A DNA stretch of 64,000 nt from contig NC_068982.1 of NCBI RefSeq assembly GCF_001194135.2, positions 36,897,217-36,961,216 on the forward strand, given 5' to 3'. Made by a program: the position numbers and the translations under genes. This document shows, piece by piece, positions 1 through 12,486 of this stretch. Position 1 is the first letter of the stretch. Each line of letters opens with the position of its first letter. This DNA comes from Octopus bimaculoides (Eukaryota). The notes under the pieces are model-generated. The model was not told where the DNA came from, did not search any database, and was given only the letters and a program-made list of their open reading frames with translations.

Positions 1-153
1 TCACATTACTTTGTTGTTCATCATCATCATCATCATCGATTAACATCTGTTTTTCCATGCTGGAAAGTCTTTCTTGCCTTCCCAAGTGTCAAATTAATAC
101 ACCTGCTTGTTGTTTATACACCTGTCTTCGTCTTTTGTTTTTCTGTAAATTTC

Positions 154-196
<43 letters not shown>

Positions 197-239
197 TGAA
201 ATCTGGTATAAAAATAATGTATCACATTACTTTGTTGTT

Positions 240-608
240 CATCATCATCATCATCATCGATTAACATCTGTTTTTCCATGCTGGCATGGGTTGGACGGTT
301 TGACTGAGGTCTGGAGTGGCTGCACCAGGCTCCAATCTGGTCTGGCAGAATTTCTACAGTTGGATGCCCTTCCTAACGCCAGCCACTCCAAGAGTGTAGC
401 AGGTGCTTTTTACGCGCCACCAGCACAGGAGCCAGTCAGGGGATACTGGCATTGGCCACGATCGGTTGGTGCTTTTTATGTGCCACTGGCACCGGAGCCA
501 GTTAGGTGGGCCTGGCAACAAACACGTTCAGATGGTGCTTTTTACGTGCCATCGGCATAGGAGCTAGTCAGGTGAACCTGGCATCAACCACGTTTGAACG
601 GTGCCTTT
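240..608 (-). mobile_element. SINE/LINE 3'-end repeat with (GAT)n tail carrying an internal 66-bp minisatellite
   Basis: (cat)n cgattaacatctgtttttccatgctggcatgggttgga motif recurs at ~6010, ~6585, ~51910, ~58030, ~58470, and in + orientation at ~28375-28660. Confidence 0.75.
402..608. repeat. 66-bp minisatellite, 3 full units + partial
   Basis: ggtgc(t/c)ttt unit starts at 402, 468, 534, 600 (exact 66-nt period). Confidence 0.85.
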
Positions 609-1756
609 AATGATTTTTTCATCACTACAGAAATTTTATTAAAAATAAGAGGAAGAAATACACAGATGCAAATGCATGCATGTGGTTATTTACATAGATT
701 AATGTTTACATTAAACTTAGAGAAGAGCAGTATATCTAACTTAAACTGACTGGTTGATAATTTATCAACTCCAGGAGGTTAGAAATTATTATGAATTAAG
801 TAAAGAACTGGTTGATAAGGAACTATTATATAGCTTAATCATTTAATTGTTTCAGTAGGTACAGCCTTAGTGATGATGATGATGATGATGATGCTGATGG
901 TGGCGGGATGCTATTGCTGCTGTTATGTGTTAGGGAGGAGAGTAGTTGACTGAACTAACCTAAGTACAAAATTGATATTATTGTCACTGGCCTTGAAGGA
1001 GTGAAAACAAAGTCTTGTGGGATATTTACCAGAACAATTACAGAACAAGACTAAATAGTGTAGAGTATTTAGTGCAATGTTCTACTGATTCTGCACTCTT
1101 CCATCTTTACTAATGATTTCTTATTTATGCAAAAGCTAGAAATTTGGGAGGTAAGTATGTCAATTAAACTGGTACTTATTTTATGGCCCCTGGAAAACGA
1201 AACAAACCAACTTTAGCAATACTTGAAATTAGAATATAAAGGGATGTATCTAATACTGCATGTTATTTTGGCCTTGTTTCTTCCAATATGCCCTGAGCCA
1301 GCACAAGGAATTCAGCATCCTAGGCCAGTCTTACAATGTGTGTTCTCTTCTCTCAGTCCAGCAATGGGAACCTCTCTCTCCAATTTTTTTCTACATGATC
1401 CTCCTGCTGGAAAATGCAGTCATAAAATTATGGTCAACTTGTGAATAAGAAATCTGTAGTTTTATGATTATGTATTTAACTGAGTAAATCTGTGCACATA
1501 ATTTGAAATATTTCAGAACAAATCATGTGATGGATCATAACATCACATGAATTTTGCACTTCTCTCTGTCTACCCATGTTCTCCATAACTTCTTTGTTTT
1601 TAGAGTGATCTTACTTGCTCTTGTTATTGATAAGCTTTTGTGTTTTTTATAGACTGAAGAAATTTTGTGTAGGTTATTTGTGGGACCTCAAATTTTAAAA
1701 ACCCAGATAGTCACCTAGCTTGCCAGGCCTAGTACCAGCTCTGAGTTCACCACACT

Positions 1757-2345
1757 AATGATAATTCTTTCTACAATAGGCACAAGGCCTTAAATTTGTT
1801 GGGAGGAGGCAGTTGATTATATTAACCCCAGTGCTCAACTGGTACTTATTTCATTGACCTCGAAAGGATGAAAGGCAAAGTCAACCTCAGCAGAATTTGA
1901 ACTTGGGACATAAGGACAGATAAAATGTTACTGAGCATTTTCCCAGGCATGGTCATGATTCTCGTCTGCTCACCACACAAATTTTAATGATTTCTACTAT
2001 AGGCACAAGGCCTGAAATGTGGAGGAGGGGACTAGTCGATTATATCAACCCCGGTGTTTCACTGGTACTTAATTTATTGACTCCCAAAAGGATGAAAGGT
2101 AGTAGTAAAGTCAGACTAAATCAATATATTATCAGTACTTCTGTCAACTAAGGGGAATAGAAATGACATGCAAAATCAACCCAGTGCAATGATTTTCTAG
2201 TTTAAGCACAAGGCCAACAGTTTTAAGGAGAGAGGGTTAAGTCGATATTTTTGATCCCAGTATTTGAGCAGTCCTTTATTTTGTTGCTTTTGGAGAGATG
2301 AGAGACAAATTTGGCCTCAGCAGGATTTGAGCTTAGAGTACAAAA
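1757..2345 (-). mobile_element. Cluster of three same-orientation copies of a tRNA-derived SINE (one near full, two partial)
   Basis: Repeated taggcacaaggcc...cccagt..actggtactta...aaaggatgaaagg...gaatttgaact; same family as 52790-53369. Confidence 0.8.
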
Positions 2346-3841
2346 AGCTGAACTGAAAACTGCATGAGTAAACTGAATGAATCAGTTGGTTGAAACACTA
2401 AGTCAAGTTCACTTTCAGTCTTCTGAAGTGGGTAAAATAAATACCAGTGAAGTACATTAGTTTGATTAATTCTACTCCATCTGTTCTCAAAATTTGAAGC
2501 CTTTTGCCAATTTTAGAAGTTATTATTGTTGTTAAAATTACAATTGATGACAGAATAGGTAGAGCAGTGAACAATATGCCTTCTGTGTTTAGTAATACCT
2601 TTTTATGTTTTGTGTTCAAATTCTGCTGTGATCAATTTTGTTTTCAGCTTTCCAAAGTTGATAAAATAAGTACCAGTTAAATACTGAGGGTAGCTTTGAT
2701 GGAACTGACTATAATCGTCTTTTCAAATTTGTGGCTGTATATCTTTGTTCAAAACTATTATTATTAAAAATGATTGAGTTATAGAATTAGAATACGAGGC
2801 TGAATATCAGTTCTGCTATATACACATGTATAATGCTTTTTATGGACAAAAATCTATCTTTCGAAGTTTATAGTCTATACATTTTAGTTTTGGTATACCA
2901 TAGTTTCCATACTAAATAAATAAATTATTTAGAAACAGTGAAAATTAACTAAAAAAAAGAAATTCTGTGTTTCAAATGCATGACAGTTCGAAACAGTTTT
3001 TGCTTTGAATTTGATCAAATTAAGCTACAGGCCTATTGATAGCACTATATATGTATTTACGTACAGCTTGGTTTTTATGTGTCTGTATTATCTTCCATAG
3101 TTTAATAAGTTTTCTAAGAATTCAATGGAAGCAGAATAGTATTATTTATGGATAAAATTTTAATTTAAAAGCAAACTATTTAAGTAGCCATGTGTTTTTG
3201 AAGTTATGCTAAACTCAGCAAAGTATGTTGACTTGTCTACTCCAAGACACACCTCTCTCTGTTGAGTGGGTGGGTAGTGAAAGTATGAGAAGAAAGTAAG
3301 AGTGAGTTACTGACTATTAGGAGAGAGACAGAGAGAGGGAGGGAGAATGTAGAAACTTGATAGGGTAGCCTATAACAGCAAAGAGATTATCTCTACTTCC
3401 TGGCAGTGCTGGACTATTTTCAGACTGCTACCTCTCTTTAGTTTTGTATATTTGAATGAAAAGTAAGAACATAAGAGATAGCGATGGTTATTTCTGTTTG
3501 GTTTGTTGTATTAACAAGCAGCTGACTGTGGGTGGACAAGGCAAAACATTAGTACCCAGGATTATTTTGTTTGTGTTCTCAGTAAATGCTGTTACAGCTC
3601 TGACTGCTTTGTTAGTAGAGAGTTGGTGTTTAAAAACAAAATCCAGTAATCTCCATCTATTACTGGAAAATTATAACTTGTTATAAAATGTTTCTAAAGA
3701 TTTTTGATGGCTACTTCAAGTGAAAAATCAAGTAGGTATAACATTAATTTTATTCTGTTTAGTTATTTGTATATATTCATTGTAACAGAATTCTTTAATT
3801 ATTGAAGTTGCTAATTATTTGTGTTATATGTCACTTTTCAG

Positions 3842-4087
3842 TCATTGATGTCTCTTAGTAGTGGCAGTTCTAGTACTTCAAGCCGGCATAGCACCATGAG
3901 CACCAGCTCACTTGACCTCCTCTCCTATCAGGACATGTTAGAAAATGTCTTAGCATGGCTACTGGAAGCAGAGGAAGTAATTGCAAAACAAGAACCTGTT
4001 GTTGAGACTATAGCACATTCAGCTGATGGTGATGCTTCTGACATGCTTGGGGTCACAAAAGTTAAGCAACAATTTAATGAACATAAA
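3842..4087 (+). CDS. DMD: Dystrophin exon 1 of window (246 nt, phase 0/0): Ser-rich hinge 1 end + start of spectrin repeat 1
   Basis: ttttcag|TCATTG...CATAAA|gtaagt; SLMSLSSGSSS...YQDMLENVLAWLLEAEEVI...VKQQFNEHK. Confidence 0.93.
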
Positions 4088-5248
4088 GTAAGTAGATATT
4101 TTATCAATAGTCACCTGTGACTTTCACTTCATATTTGCTTTAGTTGAATTGTTATTAAACAATACATTGCTAATGATAGAAAGATTAACATTGTATTTCA
4201 AATTGGTCCATGATAAATGAATAAGAAAGGATTAATAAACATATAAACTGTTGAAACTGAAGATGCTTTCTTTGATAATTATTATTTGATTTTATAAAAA
4301 GAATATACTATTGTATATTTGTGTGTGTGTGCATGTATAGTTTCATATTCAATGTGCTAAATAAAGTAAACTGGGACATTTAATGTATTAAATGTCATGA
4401 AATTTAGTTTTTTGATTTTATTTACAGCTTAATAGTATTTTTTGTGTGTTTAGAAAATAACAGTTATTACTTAGGGATAAACAAATACTTTCTACATTTT
4501 TATCTTCAAACATAATAAATAAGTGAAGGAATAATTCTTTATTCTTTTATACATTTCAGCCCAAAGGTTGTTAATTAAAAAATTAAATTTAGATCATCAA
4601 TGAAGATGATTTAATGTTAACTAAAAGTTTGCTTGAAATTCCTTTTTATTAAACAAGTTGTATGAGAAATTATTGCAGACATTTTTGTCTTGGGTTTCTC
4701 ACATGTGTATGATTTGTAAATTGTTTATCCCAGTATTATGAATCATCTCACTAATATCAGTGTTACATGTTTTCTAGCTGTCTTTCCTTTTTACTTGTTA
4801 AATAGTAGTGTAATAAACAATCTTGGGTCCTTACTTCAGAACTTGTTTCAATCTTTTACCTTTTACTAAACTTTATATTTAATTTCAAACATGAATTACA
4901 AGTGAAAGTTATGACTGTCTGTGTGTGTGTGAATATTCTCACATCCACGTGTCTTACATTGTTGTCATTATATATAAAAGAAACTTTCATGATAACATTT
5001 TATTGTTTTTAAATTTTTAAGGATTCATCAATGGGCTTTGTGCTACTATTAAGTAATCTCAAAATTTGACATTTCTGAAACTTGTTTGAATGTTGTTTAA
5101 TTTAAATTTTTTACTCATATTGTAATACTAGATTGCATTAATATGTGGCATCAACTTAATATAATGATGGCATATTTATATAAAATGTTGGTATGTGTTT
5201 CTAGCTATCAACGCTTTTTGAAACCATTCCAGGCACTCAGCAATGATC

Positions 5249-5289
<41 letters not shown>

Positions 5290-5299
5290 NNNNNNNNNN

Positions 5300-5342
<43 letters not shown>

Positions 5343-6009
5343 CAAATTTTCTTATCAAATACCATATTTATGCAGACTGCATTATTTTAGGAAGAAATTT
5401 CACTACTATATCATAGTTACAAGTTCAGTTTTCCATGCTAATATGTGTTCAGTGTGTTTGCTGAAATATTTCTCTTCATTTCAACCTGATTATTGTCTCT
5501 GTTGGTCCTTATTCTCTGGTTTCGTTTTTAGTTTTCATTTGGCAACAAGCAGTAAATATTTTTTATTTACTCATATATTCCTTACTCTCATAGAAAATTT
5601 ATCTTCAACTTTATTTAATATGTTAGTGACACAATTCCTTAAATATCTATAAACACTGTGTTTTTTTTTAATTGGAAAAAAAAATTGAATTGAAAAATAA
5701 AGTTCTTTAATTACTTTGCAAAACATTTGATTCAAAGTTGTTCAAAACCATGCTATAAGAATTAAATTTCAATCATAGCAAATAAAAACATTGCTTGCCT
5801 ACATAATATTATATCACTTTCATGGTTAGGACAAAAAAAAAAAGGAAGAAATTATACCAACCTACACTTAGGAGCAAAAAACATTATGGACTGTTTTATT
5901 TCATTTCATTCCATATATTTAAATATATTTACAAGGTTTTGTTACTTGTATTTTGATTTTCTTATTGGTTTGTTATAATCTGAAACGATTTAGTGTTACA
6001 TAAGATATT

Positions 6010-6790
6010 CATCATCATCACCATGATTTCACACCCACTTTGCATGCTGGTATGAATTGGATGGTTTGATTATAAACCAGCAAGTTGCGGGGCTGCATTA
6101 ATCTCTATTGTTATCTTTGGCATGATTTCTACAGCTGGATGCCCTTCCTAATGCCAACCACTTTTAATTTATAGCTTAAGCCAACACACTTAACTGTTTA
6201 GCATTCAGATTACTCTGTCAAATGTAATGCTTATTTATTCACATTATTTTGAATTATCCTGCATTGTCTCACAACTTCAAGATTTTGATAATTTGATTGT
6301 TTATTTTTAGATTGACATTTTAGGGTAGGTGTGAGAGGCCAAATCTGGACAGTTTGAATAGTTGGACTGGGTATGGCTAGTTTGAACATTTGGGCTGGAT
6401 ATGGTTGGTTTAAATGCTAAAAGGTAAAGCACTGTCTTAGAAAAAGCTTGGAGTTTTCAAAATCTTCTTATTTCCTATAAATTTGTGGTTTTGTACCTAA
6501 TTAAGAAATTAATTGGCTTTTCTTGCCAATTTTGCACATATACTGACTCTTATTTTTATAGCCTCATCACTATCACTTGGTATCATCATCATCATCGTTT
6601 AACGTCCATTTTCCATGCTGGCATGGGTTGGATGGTTTGACTGCATCAACCATGTTTGGACAGTGCTTTTTACATGCCACCAGCACAAGGAGACAGTCAG
6701 TAGCACTGGCAACGATTCACACATGAATTGTGCTTATTGTGTGCCACCGGCATGGGAGCCAGTAAGGTGGCACTGGCATCGACCACAACT
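6010..6790 (-). mobile_element. Two fragments (~6010-6170, ~6585-6790) of the (GAT)n-tailed SINE family
   Basis: catcatcatcgtttaacgtccattttccatgctggcatgggttggatgg; ggatgcccttcctaatgccaaccac; two degenerate 66-bp units in the second fragment. Confidence 0.75.
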
Positions 6791-8671
6791 ACAATTTCCA
6801 TTGGGATTTCAATTTGATTGAGATTTTGATTGTGATTTTGATGTATATTCATTTTATCAACGCTTTAGGAGTTGTTTTTGATGACTCATTCCAGTGAATT
6901 TTTTGCAAGTAGCTTCTCTACTGGATAGTTTACTTTTTTGTAAAAGACTGTAATAAATAATACATTCCACATCAGTGAAGAGATAGGGTGTGAAAGAAAG
7001 TTAAAGTAGGTGGTATAAGAATAGGTCAGCATGAAGAGCTGGATATGTTGTCTGTATGTCATAGAAATAGGGTTTCACTCTATGGGTACTGGGAGTGAGA
7101 GACAGGATGTAGTATGTGCCACCTATTAGAAGTGTAAAGTTACATTAAGCAAATAATTGAGGTGGGTGGAATATGTCCATAAATCTCTTCTATGACCTTG
7201 TACTCATGCCAGGAGATAGTTTAAGCCTCAGGTGCTTGTGTTATTGAGGTAATCTTAACAAGCTCCCTGGAGAAAAAAAAATGCTCTCTATATATGCCCT
7301 GGAGAAGGTCATAAACTGATTGCCAGATGTTTTGAAACTTGTTGCAGGCACTCCAGATTTGTCTTTTGCTTGTCAAAGAACCTTTCTTACTTTAAGCAAT
7401 ATAGGATCCAAGATGCTTGAAATCACTGACCTCTGAGTTCTGTGCCAATATTGTAACAAAATTGGCAGGTACTTTTCATCATTATTGATATCAAATGTTA
7501 TATTTTGGAGATTTTACACCCTGATAGAAAATGAAGACCACTCAATTATATTGATGTTATTGTGAAATTGAGAACTTATCAATGCTGATAAGGTACAGAA
7601 ATTCCTTGTGTTTTATGATGTGCTGAAATATATGTTGGTTGTGGTTGCTTGAAGAAGAATATGCAACAATTATTTAATATGAAATATAAAATAGAATGGT
7701 CATAAATAATACAAGTGCAGTAAAGCAGCCACAGGCATAGCAATATGATTAAGAAATTTGTATTGCTGCTACTTGGTACCACATTCAGTCTCACTATGTA
7801 GCAACTGACACAAATGTATTTTACCATGGCCTCAGGTTGCTACTGCTTTGAATTGAACTTAGTTGACAGACATTGAACAGAAGCCTGTGGTATATGTTTG
7901 TATATAGCTTTTGCCAATGTATACTCACGAGAAATGTAAAATTGGTGCTTTCAAAATGGTATGTAAAGTGATAGGCTGGTGCTTTTAAATACAATTCCTT
8001 TTGTATTTTTTCTTGTTGCACAGACATTATCTTGTGTCATAAATGCAGTGAACCAGTGATCGAACTTTTGAAACATTTAAGCAATGATGTCATGATCATA
8101 AAATATGTAATTTTTATTTTCCATGCTTTATGATATAGAAATGATACAGAAATAATACCTATTTTATTTCAGTTATAAGATCATTTATAAGCCTATAATT
8201 ATAGTTATTCAGTCTCATTAGTATCTTTTAAGGTCATGGAAGAAGCTATAAATTTATGAATGGCTAACTTAATGGCAATTCTTGAAACAACTATGGTTGG
8301 ATCTAGTTCAGATGTATTCTCAATAAGCTGTATTCCATATGCTGTATTTACTTATTTATGTAAGCTATTGCTAGGAAATTGCATATGAACTGAATGTGTA
8401 ACAGCAATTGTTAATTTCAATAGTGATCTTTTATTGAAAGGTTCAAAGTATACTACTGCTTGTCCAAGGTGAATACCAAGAGTGTTACTGAAAATTTGTC
8501 TTCTATAACAAAGTATTTCATTCTAGCTCCTTGAAATAGGCATTAGCAACATAGATGGCTTGGATCATTACTTGATTCAAGATGAATTTAACAACTACAT
8601 TATCACACCTGCACGATATAGATTCAACTTTTAGCTTAATTATAGATAAAAACCAGATTAAAAAGATTATC

Positions 8672-9444
8672 AAATTTTGATACAATATAAAGGACATAAT
8701 GTAAATTATGCACAAGCCAAATTTTGCAATATCACTACATCATGTATGAAAAATGACATTGCTTAAATGGCAGCCATTTTCGGCTTTGCGCTCCCGTGCT
8801 CTTTCCAAAACTTGTAACTCAAGAATTTCAGACTCCCACTTCTCTGATTTCTCTATTGATGTTCTCCTTCAGTTGCACCAGGGTCTTCGGTTTGTTGATG
8901 TAAATCCTCTCTTTCAGGTATCCATGATTGAGACCTTTTTGCGCCTGGCCATTCAAAGTAGACCTCATACATGGTTCCAGCAAGATGGGGCAACTGCTCA
9001 TATCGCAAGAGAAACAACGCAGTTGCTACGGCAGTGCTTTGGAGAGAGAATAATCTCCCATTATGGCAACATCAATTGGCCTTCACATTCCCCCGATTTG
9101 ACTAGCCCAGATTTTTTTCTTGTGGGGATAGCTGAAAGAGAGGGTTTATGTCAGCAAACCGGAAGACTTGGTGCAACTGAAGGAGAACATCAATAGAAAA
9201 ATCAGAGAAGTGGGGTCTGAAACTTTTGAGGGTGTTATAGTACAAGTTTTGGAAAGAGCACTGGTGTGCAAAGCCGAAAATGGATGTCATTTTTCATATG
9301 TGATGTAGTGGTGTTGCAAAATTTGACTTATGCATATTAATTTCCATTATGTCCTTTATATTGTATTAAAATTTCATGCCTTTATTTGTAAAATTAAGGA
9401 AGTTATTGAGAATTGAAACCCATCAGTGACTTTTGGGACATCTG
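8672..9444. mobile_element. Tc1/mariner-superfamily transposase 3' fragments in inverted arrangement (minus copy 8672-8923; plus copy ~8930-9444 ending in a TIR)
   Basis: WFQQDGATAH...IISHYGNINWPSHSPDLTSPDFF (second catalytic D and WPxxSPDL motif); right end gacttttgggacatctg+TA is TIR-like; 8672-8923 is the diverged reverse complement of 9126-9376. Confidence 0.88.
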
Positions 9445-10519
9445 TATTTTATTGAACCAAGGAGGATATAAAGCAAAGTCAATGCAGCAGTGATTTGAAT
9501 GAAGAATGTAGTAAATATTCTAAGACATTTTGTTCCATGTTGTAGATATAAAAATGCATGTACTATTGTTGAACTCATATTTAAAACTCATATTTGTATG
9601 ATTGCAGTCTTTATTCTAAAGAGCAGTAATCGATTTGATAAAGTAACTTGTAATTAAAACTTTTGTTTAGTCTAAATAAATGGATATTGCTTAGGGTACA
9701 TTAGTTTGGGCTTTGTTGATTCTGGAAATAAGGTTTTGCTTTCATTCACAAATACATGGCTAAGTATTAGAATAGGGATATGAATCTTAGCTTGCTTATA
9801 AAATTGAGCTTAGCTGTTCATTTATGTATCATGAATGTTGAAAAAGAGGAGTTAGCAATTGAGTCAAAGGAGAGGGTGAAACAGAAAGGGAGTGAGAAAA
9901 AGAGGAAGTCTCTCTGCCTTCCTCTCTTTGTCCTCTATTTCTATTTCTTATGTCCCCTCATGCTCTCATATATTTAGTTATATACCAACCACTCTCTGAG
10001 GAAATATTTAATAATTATAAAACTAATTAAATTTATCTTCAATTAACATGTTAGTTTCGTAAATTGATGTAATAGCAAGAACAGCATCGCCATTTGTAAG
10101 GAAGTTCTAAATTTATACTGAATTGTAAATAACTAGAACAAATATGACAAGGTAAGAGGTGACATAGTGCCAAAAAATGGGAATCCTACATGTAGTTTCT
10201 GCCAAAATAACATCCAGAAGCCATCAAGGAAGCCTTTACATAGCATTTCAGCCTTGTTAGATATAACAGCTAAATCTTGCACCAATCACACACTACTGTC
10301 TTGAATATAGTGTGTATGTTATTGTATGATAGTTATTTCAGTAGTGTGTAAATAGATTCATTACATACAACTTTTGTGAGAAGGAGTATACAAGATAATG
10401 TATACAAGCATGAGAAAAACAAAATTGTGAATGAGAACACTCTTTCCTCATTAATAATCAATTAATTTATGCACATACACATATGTTTCTCTGGTTATAA
10501 TACAGAAAAGATACTTCCA

Positions 10520-10830
10520 AGCACACTCCGACCTCTGACCCACAGATTTGCTGTTTCCTCATTCTGCTTTTCTATTGTAACAACAGTGACTTCTGCTCCT
10601 TGACCATCTGGCTGGTCACATGCCTCTTCCACTCATATACTCTTGCCTGTTTCATCCCTCATCTCATCATCATCCTTATGGTGTTTAAACCCACTCATTC
10701 CCAAGCCCTGCATAAACCACTACATTCAGAGTTTCTGCCATGACTTTTGGCCCTCTGGAATTCCCTCCTTGTGCATCACTTTCCTGCATTCAGTGACTTC
10801 AACTGTTTAAAGCGGGATGTTATAGACAAC
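10520..10830 (-). mobile_element. Degenerate RTE-like LINE 3' fragment
   Basis: Minus-strand remnant resembles the RTE C-terminal RRLxWFGH region; heavily decayed. Confidence 0.4.
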
Positions 10831-11373
10831 AATTTCACCAGTCTAATGGGAAGCTGCTGCAAAGGCTTTGTTCACAGCCCTTTTCTCTAGAGTAATTTAA
10901 TGAAAATGAAAAAAATAAAATAAATAAGAAAAGAAATTTAAGTAGCACAGTTAACTGGAAATATTTTCATGGTTTATATTAATAAACTAATATAATTTGG
11001 TAATTGTAACTGTGTTGGTGCATGTGGCCTGCATCTGCTTAAATTGGTAGCAATATCAACTTCAGTGCCACAAGTGTAGGCAAATAGTTTTAAGGCCTTA
11101 AGTTACGTAGATACTAATTTCTTCCCTTTGGTGCTCTGTATTCCAGCTTATACACCTGCAGTATATCTAACATTTTAATTATATGACTATTTTATATGCA
11201 GTACTTCTTTTTATAGATTATTTTTATTATTGAATTGAAACTCACATTAGCATGAAGTTAATCAACACAATGGTAGTTGTGTTTAGGTTATTTGAGTATT
11301 ATGCTTTTTTTTTTTCTCTCTGAAATATTTTTATGTTTACTCATTTCAATATTTATTAACACTATTTTTTCAG

Positions 11374-11555
11374 GAATTTATGCTTGATCTTACAAAGCAT
11401 CAAGACAGCGTAGGGAGTGTTCTCAAAGAAGGCACTGATTTGATAAATGATAAGAAAGTCAACAAAGAAGAAGAACATGAAATTAGAATACAAATGGCAT
11501 TGTTGAATAACCGCTGGGAAGAGTTACGCTTAAAAGCATTGAGTCGTCAAACAAA
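11374..11555 (+). CDS. DMD: Dystrophin exon 2 of window (182 nt, phase 0/2), rest of R1
   Basis: ttttttcag|GAATTT...ACAAA|gtaagc; EFMLDLTKHQDSVGSVLKEG...QMALLNNRWEELRLKALSRQT. Missed by the ORF track. Confidence 0.96.
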
Positions 11556-12309
11556 GTAAGCTTTGTGCATGTGCGTGTGTATGTGTATTTATGCTTTGAG
11601 CATGTGTTTATACTTTTATTGTGTGTATGCATATGTTTGATATTTTGTACCACCTTGTAACAATTCTGTGGTAATTATATATTCTTATCACTTAACTTAA
11701 CCACCTGTCCTTCAGAGTCTTTATAATTAATATGCACGTCATCCATCTTTTGGATCTATTATAGCTATGACTCCTCATTTAAAATAATTTTGAAAACAAA
11801 TGGAATATTAAAATTAATTTAGGCTCAGCTCATTAAAATGCCCTATCTTTATACATCTTTATTCATATCTGACTGGTTTGAGTTTGGATAATTCCATTTG
11901 AATGTATAGGGATATGTGTAGCCTTTTATTATAAAGATAACATTATTGTTGATGGTTTGTAATGATAAAAAACTATCAGTGGCCTACCATAATATGCATC
12001 AAATGTGTCCAACTGCTGTAAACATTAGTGATATTACTTAGGTGGCAGTTATTTTACAGAATCTAACATGGTATCAAGCATAACTTTTACCTTGTACTGA
12101 GTTACTTATGGGATATATATTATGTTGAAATAGATTGGGATTTCTTGTATGCACTGGAGTTAATTTCTTCTGTTCGCAAATTCTGTTACAGATTTTAAAC
12201 TTTGTATTCAAGAAAGATCTTAGGTTTTGTACGTTTTTTAAGTTTTAAATTCTATCATATCAACCAACATATGTGGTGTGTGTTTGTAAATGTGTATATA
12301 TATGTGTGT

Positions 12310-12486
12310 ATAGTGAGAATTTACAAAAAAACAACAGACGAAGACGGGTGTGTAAGCAACAACCAGATGTATTAGTTTAATGCTCAGGAAGTGAGAAAGT
12401 CTTTTGTTTCGAGCCTACGCTCTTCAACAGAAAGGAACACAGAAATAAACAGGGAGAGAAAATAAAAAAAGGTTTAGTGGCTAGTG
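12310..12486 (-). repeat. Interspersed repeat fragment, possibly a Penelope-type terminal segment
   Basis: GC-richer 180-nt block next to (TG/TA)n with gtttcgagcctacgctcttc, a degenerate hammerhead-like motif on the minus strand; family recalled, not searched. Confidence 0.4.

Noticed and set aside
402-608. Regularly spaced palindromic repeats resembling a CRISPR array
   Set aside because: Whole units are homologous with no unique spacers, the context is eukaryotic and inside a SINE, and there are no cas genes.
1141-1160. Consensus donor GAG|gtaagt suggesting an upstream dystrophin exon
   Set aside because: It lies in a decayed SINE fragment, and no dystrophin-like reading frame precedes it.
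5143-5652. 169-aa ORF
   Set aside because: Runs through (GT)n/(TA)n microsatellites and Ns; intronic, with no homology.
8753-9196. 147-aa ORF as an intact transposase gene
   Set aside because: Chimeric read-through: the N-terminal half is the antisense of the inverted arm, and the true transposase frame shifts after SPDFF.
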